In this document: positions 13,357 through 24,900 of the stretch, one piece after another
Layout of the letters: the number at the start of each line of letters is the position of its first letter
Position numbering within the stretch: position 1 is the stretch's first letter
Source of the DNA: Podarcis erhardii
Taxonomy: Eukaryota
DNA length: 64,000 nucleotides
Assembly (NCBI GenBank): GCA_964252035.1
Contig: OZ176207.1
Reading direction: 5' to 3' (one strand)
Translations under genes and position numbers: made by a program
The notes under the pieces: generated by a model
Seen by the model: the letters and a program-made list of their open reading frames with translations, nothing else
Told to the model about the DNA's origin: nothing
Databases searched by the model: none

Positions 13357-14686
13357 CTCCTTCTCTCTCAATCTGCCCCCACCCCTTTTTTCTGGCACAA
13401 TAATATTAGATGGAGATATTACTTTCCATAGTGTTCTGTGCCATCTTTTATTGTTAGAATAAGTGGTGTGAAAGTGAAACAAGGCAACGAAATAAAATAA
13501 AAAGGCCTTTACTTTGATTCAGTATACGATGAAGTCTTCCCCTTAATGGGCTCCTGGGAGATACTGGTTGTAATTCATGTTGCTAAATTAAAGCAACCCA
13601 TACTAATTTGGAACGGTGAGATCAGGATACATCATTATGTAGATCAAACATGGGGGAAGCTAATGAATTAGGTTGCTCCCCTCCCCTCTATATTTGGATG
13701 CTCTTCCCTAGCTTTTTAGAGCCTTTCTGCTTCAGATAAGAGGACATTGGGCACCTGTTGGTCTCTTTTGTGAAAATAAGATATTTAGATATTGTGAGGA
13801 AGGAAGCCATAGTCAGCCAAGTCAGATCAAGGAAGAATCTGGGGAACTACCATGAGTCCAAAATGCTGAGTTCCGAATGACTTACTCAGACCCACAATTT
13901 CCACCATTTTGTTTGATCTTCAGGGATACCTATGCAGCCCATGTAGTTAGGCAGTCAAGCAGGGCTACCTTGAAGACTCAATTAATGGCCGAAAGCCATG
14001 CATTAGAAATATGGCTGCATAATTAACTTGAATTGTCCCATTCATGATGAGCAACACTAATGGGAAGTTGGCGTTCCCATGCTGTATTTTGCAGAACTCA
14101 ATTGCCCATTTATTATATCAGCAATAAAACCATCACCTCTATTATTCATATAAGTATTAGAACTTAACTGAAGGAATATAGCCAAATCTGATTAGCTGTG
14201 TAGTCTGCTGACACCATCCTAAGATCTGTTGAGGAATTGGTATACATGTTATTAAACGGGTGAAAGGAATAATGAGAACATATGAGCTAGCCCTATTGCC
14301 TTGGATTCACTCACCATCCACATACCTGGATGTTTGGCCTCTATCTGAAGGAATCCTGCACAAATATGTGCACACATAGGGTTCCTTTAACAGGGATGCG
14401 CAATTGACTAAGCTTCCTGTTCCCACGGCTCTCCCAATGGATCAGAAGAAGGGTGGAGTCAGCATGCATATTGGTGTCCAGGGGCTAATTAAAGGGACCT
14501 GAAGTGCTTCTTTCAATCCAAAAATCACATGGAAGAGCATTCAGAACAACCACAGGAAACAATTTCTTTCTTTCTTTTTGGTCATAGTTACTATTTGTCA
14601 CAAGTCAGTTTCTAGTTAGCGTTCACACCTTTCCCTCATCTAATCTATTTTCATTGCTTTTATGTGGGGAGGAATTGTGTAAATTC

Positions 14687-14796
14687 AGGACATGATCCAG
14701 CCATTGATTTTTTTGCAGGGATTTCAGCTTGGGCTTAACTTTCTCAACAAAATCAGTAGGGCTCAAACGTGTTTGCATTTGGCTGGATTGTGCCCT
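14687..14796. repeat. Short palindromic interspersed repeat (MITE-like)
   Basis: 17-bp inverted arms, 14/17 match (aggacatgatccagcca / tggctggattgtgccct). Confidence 0.65.
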
Positions 14797-15056
14797 CAGT
14801 TAATATCATGTGGGGTATGTTTCCGTGTGTATTTTACTTTCTGGTTGGTTGGTCCACCTATAAGATCCTACATTTCAGCAGTGAAAAGCTGTTTGTGTGA
14901 ATGAAGGCTCATCCTCTCCCCCACCCCAATCTATCATGTTAAAACCATTAGGCCTGGATTTAATAGAGTCTTTTTAATTGTTGTGTTATAGGTACCATTG
15001 GCACCTCTCCCTTTTTTTATCCCTCTCCCTCTCTCCCCTTATTTCTCTCTATCACT

Positions 15057-15204
15057 NNNNNNNNNNNNNNNNNNNNNNNNNNNNNNNNNNNNNNNNNNNN
15101 NNNNNNNNNNNNNNNNNNNNNNNNNNNNNNNNNNNNNNNNNNNNNNNNNNNNNNNNNNNNNNNNNNNNNNNNNNNNNNNNNNNNNNNNNNNNNNNNNNNN
15201 NNNN
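15057..15204. other. Assembly gap (N run)
   Basis: N bases. Confidence 0.99.
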
Positions 15205-17179
15205 GGGTTATCTTTATTTTTCCAAATTGTGATCACCTGAACTGAGCATTAGTACTCTTTTCTTTTCATAATCCTTTCAGAAATAGCTGGGACAGGCCAT
15301 TGTCCACCCACACAGAATGTTTATCTGTGAAAAATTTTTACGGTTTGGACATTTGGCAGGCTGGCTGTTTTTGAGAGTGGAAGATGAACTCCATTGAGAT
15401 GCCATCAACAACCGTATGGCCACTGAGACAGCTTGCGAGCCACCACATAATGGTTTGAGCTTCTGGCATGTCTCGCTGTCAGAAAGCATTTTTTTTTTCT
15501 CTGGACACAACAGAAGACCCAAGCAGTAATAGACGCTGTATCAAGATCTGTCTACACATGAAGTCCACATGAAATAAAGTCTTGAATGGTGGCTGCTCCA
15601 CACAGTGGCAGTAATATGCATAACGGCGCACTGAATGCATCACCTCCCAGTTCACCTCTACACAACTGGACAGCAACTTCTGACATAATTTCTCTGTGTG
15701 TATGCCAGATCTCTTGAAAAGATTATTTCAGCTCACTGGAACACTTAACTCATTTTCATTCACAAAGGCTGACCTGACTAGTGAGGAAGAATATAAAATA
15801 TTGTTGTGATATGCACTCATTGAAAGGTTTGTTGATCTTTTCAATAGCTGGGGGGGGGGCCAAGAAGGTGGAGGCACAACAATGGAGATACCTGATATAG
15901 AAAACCATAAAACCCACAGGAAAAAAATTGGTTTTCATTATGAAGACTGAACAAATTAAAAAGTCTGTTAGAGCAATTAGTAAACAGAAAATATCTGTGA
16001 AATTCATTGAATAAATTGTTCCCTTATGAGTTCTTCACCCTGCTACATACAGAAAATAAATATCCTGACTACTTGCAGAAAAATGCACATTCTTTCAGAT
16101 TAGGATACATTATCAAAATTACAGTAACATAGATAGTTACTGTAAAACATAGTTTTTTTTTTATTTTCAGTTGTGTATGAACACAATTACAAAGCGTCCC
16201 CACCCCACCCCAACTTCCCCGCTTCCTCCCCTAGGACAGATCAGTTGATTAAGTTTTGCCAAAGTCCAGTTTGTGATTTCGGTGGATGCCCAGGAGATGG
16301 GGAAATCCACAGCCTAATTGGGCCTGGCTTTTGGCTGAATAACTCAAACACATTGTGTCCTCTGTAATCTGGGGAAACCTTTCACATTTTTAACAGAACC
16401 CTACAGTTGTTTGTACACTGTACAGAAACATTGCAAGTGGTCTTCCAGTGATTAAAGTTGCTTTTTCCTTTAATAACTGCTAAGAAACAGGAAATGCAAT
16501 TTCCTCACACCTTTCCCGAAGCCAGGTCCTTTGAGGAGTTCCCTACTGTATATTCCTTCATCAACATGGCATTCATCAAGGGGCCCACACAGACTCCATT
16601 AAAATTAGCTGAGCTCCACTTTAGTGACAAGGAGCTGCCTTTTCCCCAGAGGAGCATAGTGGTTTTGTGTTGCTTCCTATCGGAGCAAAATCATGTCTTT
16701 AATTGCGGAAAATATTTTCACTATCTTTTAATTGACGAACAATTAACTTATGGAGCTATGAAGCCATTTTTGCACACCATTTTCCACGGCTGTGGGTGTC
16801 CCTCAGCAACCACCTTTGCAACCGCTACTACATAGGTAGAGGTTGTATACAGTCCCTTTGTACAATACTGACTTGATAAATGCAACCTGGAAAGAGATGA
16901 AAAGGGTCTGGAAGGTTTGCCCTTATGCAAGTGAACTTTCAGGGAGGAGCCACTGAGGTGGGACTTTGCTCCTTTCCCATTTATCACTACCGACATAACA
17001 AGGACACAGGAGCCCCTATGATTTATACTGATTCCTCTTCGGATGCACTCAGAAACCCTTGGCATGTGTCACAGCTGGAACAGGTGGTACAAACTGTATA
17101 TCTGCTATAATTTGAAGCTGCTCTAGATGCCACTATATTAAGGCTTTAGTAGCAGAGCTGGATTAATTTATACAGAGTG

Positions 17180-17345
17180 CTTCCGTTCTGCTGCCTGTGT
17201 TGGCCTCGGGTGTTAAGATCAGCAGATGGGGTCCTCTTGGTCGTTCCACCGCCCCCAGAGTTTGGAGGAAGGTGGCATGGGAGAGGGCATTCTCTGTGGC
17301 AGCCCCTAAGTGGCGGAATTCCCATAGAGGTGCATCTGACATAGT
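17180..17345 (+). mobile_element. L2-clade LINE fragment (RT C-terminal region)
   Basis: Translates with a frameshift as LRSADGVLLVVPPP...WERAFSVAAPKWRNS, resembling the L2 motif RAFSVAAPxLWNSLP. Boundaries approximate. Confidence 0.65.
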
Positions 17346-18374
17346 GTGCTGCAGAGAGGTGGTCACCTGACCTGTTTGATCACATTGCTACTGCTTACTG
17401 GGAGATAGGGTGGGGATTGAGGAGATGGCCAAAGCTGATGCAGTTCAAACACACCAACAGGAACCTCATATTGGCAAACTGCTGTGTTGGCTATCAGCCA
17501 GAGGTTAGATGAGCACTGCTGCCACACCACTCTATCTGCTACTGATTGGCCTCGTTGGCCAAGTTTAAACTGTGTTCTTTGCTCCTAAAATGTGGGTGGG
17601 GGGTGGAGTTGATGCTTTGACCCAGCTCTAGCCCACATGCATGTAAATGTACACACAACAGCACATCTAAAATCTGTGATCATTATTGTGATCATTGCTG
17701 GCTACGGATATCTTAAAGAAAAACAAAACCTGCAAAGGGATAAACTGAGTGTTAAACTGCAGCTTTCGAGAGCAGCATTATAGGGAGAGAATGAGAATGA
17801 TGTTATTATTTTTCTTCCTCCTTTGTCACTTCTGTCCTTTTATGCATGTTTCTGTTACATCTAGCAAGAGGCCACTGTCATGAGAGAAACAGTAAAAAAA
17901 AAAAATCCTGAGTATAGTGAAATAATTTAGCTGATAATTCCCTACTGTATAATTTTCTACGCTTCCTGCTAGCTGACCTTGTGGGCTCTTGTCAGGTTGC
18001 TAAGGGAAATCCAGCGGGGCTCCTGATCTGCTCTCCTATTTTTAAAGAAGTATTACAGAGCAAGGGAGGATGTTTATGTCAGCTTAATGATGCACATATT
18101 TGATCAAATGGCATTCTGTAACTTCATGTTTTAATGTTAGTGAAAGCTGAGCAAGACATAGCTCCACTTCCCCCTCCCAAATTTATCACATTCAATTCTG
18201 ATCTTGTCAGGTATGGTCAGGAAAAATGGGAATTAATTGAAGTATTAATAAGGTAAAAATATTCTTCACAAAGAGATAGAAAATCTCTTGAGACAGATCA
18301 CAGTGACTGTAGATTTCATGGCAAAGGTCCCAATCCAATGTAATAATCTTTATTTATCATTTTGGGAAAAGCTA

Positions 18375-18595
18375 TATCATTCGTCATCTTGTTCATCCGC
18401 ACAACAACTCTGTGAAGCAACTTGCTAAAATTCCCATCTTACTGATGGAAAACTAATGCAAATTTGGAAAGATAAGTAGTGAACAGACTAAACTGGCTCT
18501 CAGAGAATTATGGATTTGTCCAGGAAATAGACAATGTCCAGGAAATAGACATGGGTCATCTCACAACCAAATCATTAACCATACCCTCAGCCTGC
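18375..18595 (-). mobile_element. MIR-like CORE SINE remnant
   Basis: cacaacaactctgtgaag...attcccatcttactgatggaaaact core motif. Boundaries approximate. Confidence 0.5.
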
Positions 18596-18647
18596 TTTGT
18601 GATTCATTAATAATGTTGAATGGTATGGATGGAAGGCTGTGTAATTC

Positions 18648-18750
18648 ATTCATTTATTTACCCTAAAGTTCCCAGGGCAGGTTATAACATTAAAACACAA
18701 CACTAAAAATAATTTAAAACAAACTAAAACCATAAAAATAGTGGCAGGAA
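18648..18750 (-). mobile_element. L2-like LINE 3' tail
   Basis: Reverse complement reads ttttaatgttataacctgccctgggaactttagggtaaataaat. Confidence 0.5.
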
Positions 18751-19032
18751 CTTCCATCAGAAATGCACCAATTAGATTCTTCTATGTACTAGAAGCAATA
18801 TTTTTTTTTTACACAAGTGATAACAGTGGCCAGAGTTTCTTTTATTGGGATTAATACTATTTTGTTAGGTTGCTTGGAGTGCTTTGCCTCCTTTTTGGTG
18901 GAGATGTCTGTTTTATTATTTATTATTTATTTATTTATTTGAAGTGTTTTGCCTGTTTTATTATATATTATTTACTTGAGGTGTTTTGTCTGTTTTATTG
19001 TTTCTGGTTGGTATAGGGTGTTTTTTTTTTTT

Positions 19033-19054
19033 TGTGTGTGTGTGTGTGTGTGTG
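19033..19054. repeat. (TG)11 microsatellite following a poly-T run
   Basis: Read directly. Confidence 0.95.
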
Positions 19055-21630
19055 TTTGGGGGTGGTGGAAATGCCTGCTCTTTTTTGCCTGTGTTTTAGG
19101 GTTCTGTGGGTGTTACAGGAAGGTGTATCCAGACTTTTATCTTGGATCTGCAAAAAACCCCACCATATTAGGTTTTCTTCCAACTTCATTAACTTTTTAA
19201 AATCCTGTTGTTTATTTGTTTAATTTTTAGGATTGTTGTGAAATGTACTTTTTGTAAGCTACCTTCAGTATGATTTATTTATTTTTTAGAAAATTTATTG
19301 CTTTTTCACATATCATAAACATAAATTACAATACCATAAACAACAATACCAGCTAATCTGTCATTTCTTGGAAAAAAGGCATAACAGCAGCTTAAAGTTG
19401 GTCTCCCTACTTAGAACCAGTTTATAATGCATATTAAGAATGAATCCAATAGGAAAGGTAGGGTATAAATGTAACAAGCCCATCAATTATGTAGCCCACA
19501 GTAATATAGTCCAAGTACTGTATGTGATTCTTATCTCATAATTGAAAAAGTATATTCAACTCCAAAGTGTATGCCTGCAACTCTTTTAGATATTGTAGTT
19601 GCATGTAATTAACACATCATTTTCGCCAGTGGGGTGCATGCCAAATTACTGTAACAGTCAGCTGCAGAATATTCTTAGTCTTGATTTTTTTTTAGTGTTG
19701 GGGAGACATGACAGATTATGGAAAAGCTGACATACAGGCTTGATTCAAATGTTACAGAACTGAGCCCAGTGGGCTCAGCCACTCACCCCCTTTCTCCCCA
19801 GTCCCCCTTTCTTCTTTTCATGGTTTAAAATAACTGGACTTTGTCAGGGCATTCAAACTGAGCAGTCTCTGGCTTCTGTTGATTGTAGTTGTTCAAAAAC
19901 AGGGTCAGAGAAGCAATGGTTTGGAGAAACCCAGTTTGAAGGCATACTAGTTCTGAGTAGCCATAGTTTGCCTGATTCAGACTTCATGGCAAACTGCAAT
20001 TATCTCAAACCATGGATGGGAAGTAAACAAAGTCAATGAATTATGTAACAGGTTATTGGAAGATGCAGCAAGTGCTTGTGTTAAAACTTAAGTGTGGGAG
20101 GAAATGAATTAGGAACTCATTCACTGAAATATTTTCTGATCTCTTTAGTACTCATTGAACCCATCCTTCCACCATACCTGTCAACTTTTCCCTTTGCTAG
20201 CGAGGAATCCTAATCGGAATAAGGGAATTTCCCTTAAATTTCCCTTAAACGTTGACAGCTATGCCTTCCACCACTACACTCACCATGTTTACAATACCCT
20301 GCCTCCATCTGTAGCCATGAAAAATGCTTACACTCTATCAACAATAAACATTTTCAGTATTACAGCGAGTTGTAGTCCAAAAACAGGTGGAGACCCAAGT
20401 TTAGGAAACACTGCTTTAAAGTTTTTGGTTGGTTGGTTGGTTTGCAAGTTATCTGTTTCGACCTAAGAAATACTCCCCCTTCCCATAAAGAGTGGAAAGG
20501 CATTAAAAGCAATAAATGACTCAGTCATAAACAGCCTGGAAATATATACAAAACACTGTTTTGTTAATTAATATGCTCAGGCCTATTGCTATATGTACTT
20601 GATTGTGTTTGATGGATTTAGGGCTAGCTTTTATTTTCTTCAAGTTTAAAATGTTTAATTATTCAAACTTTACTTACTTAATTTATTTATTCAGACTGAT
20701 CCACTATCATATTCTCTAAGACTTGGGGGTAGTGCCTCAGGGATTCTGTGATCAGGATAGGACAGACTGGCAATCACTCTGAAGTTATTGGATGTAACTA
20801 TTTCCTTATCCTATAATCCTAAAAGCTATTAACCAATTAATGAACTTTTTTGGGTATGTTTTTTTTTATTTTCAAGAATAATATTTAGGTAAAGAATAAT
20901 AAAAATGTCTTCAGCACTACAGAAATTTGTCGTTTTTGAGTCAGTAGCAGTTGCTGCAAAGGTTGGTGAATGCAATACATCATTAATGAACATTTTTAAC
21001 AACAAAATGCTTAAAACAAGCATTCCACAATTATCCAACCCAACCCACTGCTGGTTACTTGGTAACAGTGAATTCAACAAATGAATGAAGCAGCACTAGG
21101 CCATCTTTTTCAATCTGCATTTAGTTTACTGCTGATTTAGTTGTTTTGGAACTGTTTGTAATGACTTGGTTTTAACTGTTTTTGTTTATAATTTTAATAG
21201 TTCTTGTAAATCACTTAAGAGGTTTGGTTGATAACAATCAAGTGGCATGTATACTTTGTTCAGTAATTTTTTTATTTTATTTTTAAATAGCATCTTCCAC
21301 ATTTTCCTGGACCTTACTTGATTCCAGGGCATGGGGTTGGGAATGGCAGATGCCAATTGGAAAAAGAAAAACGGTGGAGGATATTTGGTTAGGAGGGAAA
21401 ACACCAAAAATTCCTGGGGGAGGTAAATTTCTTCTGTCATAATTTTGGTTCAGCTCTAATAATAACCCTTTACAGGAAAAAAGGGGGATAAGTAAATACA
21501 ATTTCAGTTTATTTTAAAGTTTGACATCAGTTCTAGTTTGATGTTTGAAACATTTAAGCAGGGGTTTAACTCCCACATCTTGATGGTCCCATACCAAACT
21601 GGGCTTGCCCTGATTAACTGCATTTGGTTA

Positions 21631-21633
<3 letters not shown>

Positions 21634-21665
<32 letters not shown>
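21634..21665. repeat. (CA)16 microsatellite whose last unit is the MITE terminal CA
   Basis: Read directly. Confidence 0.95.
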
Positions 21666-21667
<2 letters not shown>

Positions 21668-21918
21668 GGTACCTCTGGTTACGTACTTAATTCGTTCCAG
21701 AGGTCCGTTCTTAACCTGAAACTGTTCTTAACTTGAAACTGTTCTTAACCTGAAGCACCACTTTAGCTAATGGGGCCTCCCATGTTGCACCGCCGCCATG
21801 CGATTTCTGTTCTCATCCTGAAGCAAAGTTCTTAACTCGAGGTACTATTTATGGGTTAGCAGAGTCTGTAACCTGAAGCGTATGTAACCAGAAGCGTATG
21901 TAACCCGAGGTACCACTG
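21664..21918. mobile_element. Tc1/mariner-superfamily MITE, same family as 3321-3546, inverted
   Basis: Ends cagtggtacctc...gaggtaccactg, TA at 21919-21920. Interior aligns to the reverse complement of 3321-3546. Confidence 0.92.
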
Positions 21919-24900
21919 TATAGTAAACTACCTAATTACATTCCTGTCTGCTTTTGCTCTGGGTAGGGTCCTGTCTGTGCCAGTCCTCCACAGGGGCACC
22001 AAAAATTATTGAAGTTTCCTGCAAGTTTTTTATTATTATTTAATTAATTTAATTTATGTACTTCTTACTGCCAAAATGACTTCTAAGTGATTTACAATTG
22101 TAAAAATATATCCCCGCATAATTAAAATGCACAATAACACCAAAACATTAGAAACATCCATAATCCACCTGTCACTTTGAAAAAATTATATTTCATGCAA
22201 GCACACAGGTTTAATAGGTCAACTTCCAGTCGGAGTGAAATTCCTTTCCAGCCAGGCCTGGTGCTGCGCCAGTCAAATGAGCTGAACTAAGAAACCCAGA
22301 TCATCCCAGATGCTTCTTACCATATTCCAAAGGTTTTTTTTTATGATGCTTCTAATGCGTTTTGGCATAGCCGGTACTGCACACAGGTGCAGCCATTGCC
22401 TTCTGCACAATTTTCTCCGGCCTAGGAAAGTTTTCCTGTGCAGTGCTTAGAAGCAATAATAAACCATTGATTTGCGTCCAAATTGTTCTTAGGCAATTAT
22501 AAGGAATTGATCTAACCAGGCTGTGGCTGGTGGCACTGAGTGTTTTGCAGCCCTTGTTACCTCTGACCTCGTAACTGCAGCACTGACTCATTGAGAGAGG
22601 AAGGGGGGGGGGGAAACCTTGTCCCTTCAGATGAGGTTTTAATTTTAAGCTTCTAGCAGGTATAGAAAAACGAGCTGTTGAAATGGTCAGGCGAAGAGAC
22701 GTGGGTTGCATAAGTAAGGCATTTGCAAGCAATATGTTGCTCTGTGTTGAACTGCAGTAAGCTCTAAAACAAGTAGGCTTCCTGTATTCTGCTGTGGTCA
22801 TAGATAGGCTTAGAATCAGGAACTGCATCAGCTGGCTTGCTCTGTATCTCAGCTGTCACAAGAAGAGTGCACTAATAGTCATGATTAAATGTCATTAGTC
22901 TGTGGCTCAGGAACAGAGATGCTGGCGTTGTTTTGGGGGCAGTTCTTGTTAAAATTCAGCAATAGTAGCAAATTATGTCTGCTATGGATTAAGCCCAGCC
23001 ATTTTTGATCCGCATTCTGTTGCATGCACTTGAATTCCTGTCAATAAGCTTATGCCTTATAGGCATTGATTCCTGCAGGCCTTTAGCTAAAGAACAAAAA
23101 AGGCACTCAGTGATCGAATCTGTGAAACTGTTGTGCTTGCGGAAAGCCAGCATTTGTTGAAATTCCACACCAAATCAGCCAGGGCAATAGATTAAAATAA
23201 ATTTATTAAAGAGTAACTTTGTGCCTTATTTTAATCTGTTATCCTCAATTTGTCTCTGACTTGACCTGTTGTTATTTATCTGACTCCATCTGTCTGTATT
23301 CTGAATTTTTATCGTGAAGTGCAGGGACACAAAGAGTACCTTTAAAAAAACACACCAAATGTATCTTTTTTACTTCTTGTATGTTGCCTGCTAGCATTCC
23401 ATAATATGGTAACTGTATCTCCGAAGGAGTGAGAATGAAATAGGTTTTGGTTATTGATTTTAAAAGCATGATGTGTTTTATGTTTGTTTGGCAATATTTT
23501 GCATCATAAATAAAGGAGAACATTGTAACTGTAGAGAATATGGCAGAAATATCATCCTTTATTTTTTCTGCTTTTCACTGCTTATTCTAGAGCAGCATTT
23601 GGGGACTAGACAGTGTGGGTGTTAGTGGACAGGCACATGGGAATGTAGATAAGCAGGAACCTTAGATTTTGAAAATGTGACAGATGGATTTTTTTGTGTG
23701 CAATAAAAGTAGTAGATTTTTAATATAATGTTAATAGTTGTGGGTTATATTAAACTATGCGGAGCAAGAGAGCTGTTACCCTTGCCCATTTAGCTGATGA
23801 ACCTCATTTCATTATGCAGAATATAGCTGAGTAATTCTTGAATGAGAGGAGAGCTTTCTGGTATTCTGCATTTACTTACTCGACTAAAATGAATAATCAC
23901 AGATAAATATGAGTATGAATGAAATCTAGGTCCGTCCGTCCCCCCCCGTATATGTTGCAACCTGTAAAATATTGGTAGCTGTCTTCAGAATATTTCTTAA
24001 ATTTTACAGTTCTAAATGAACATAATGTTTTGGCGTGGCTGCATTTATACTGTATATTGTGGCCAATGTCACCTTATTGCCCCTTTTGAGATAACAACAC
24101 AAATGTCCATGTGAACTGGTCCTGTGGTTTCATGGATTATGTGATGAAAGATGCCAAAGAAGACAGGATTCCAGGGGTCCCTAGACTCTCAGATAAAAGG
24201 CCATTGCCTTGAATATCATTTACAAATGAGTTGGCAACCTGCCAGAAGGTATTATTTGGGGAAACTAAGGTAATGTCCTTCTCCTTACCCACACTCTGTT
24301 TGCCAGAGTCCCTGTTCTGTTCAAGAGTCTAACTTTGTACATATGGTGATTGAGCTGTCACAGACACTGACAACCCTCACAAGTTGTGTGCCTTTTGCCC
24401 AGCGTAAATTATTGGGAGAACTCTTTGCCTCATCATCCATAAAGTCACACAAGACCTTGATGAATATAGTAGTCCACCATACTTAGCATCATTTATCCTG
24501 CTCTCTGCACTTACGGGCAAATCCGCCACAGACACCTCGCTAACTGCTTAGAAGGGAGCTGAGATGCCTGAATCCTGTTTAGTCATGGTATATTTATTAT
24601 CCACTAGTACAGTTTGTGTCAAGCTGAAAAACTGAAACCAAACTGAACTCAGTACGTTCCTGGTCACCTGTACTGCTCACTAAATGCTTGGAATCTAACT
24701 CAGACTATAGCTACCCTGGTGTTTATGGCACTTTGCAGGCTTAAAATCTCTCAGAGCAAATTCTGTCCAAGGGAGTTAAATTTCCATATTGACATTGATT
24801 CTTAAGACTCAGCCCTGAGGCTGAGACATCAAAGACCCCCACTTCCCCCTTGAGGGCAGATTCTGCCACCACAGAGGCAGATATCTCAGACTGGATATGA

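Noticed and set aside
16458-16835. 125-aa ORF; likewise the 158-aa ORF at 22352-22828 and the 136-aa ORF at 62861-63271
   Set aside because: No recognisable domains or exon-like splice context; lengths are compatible with chance.
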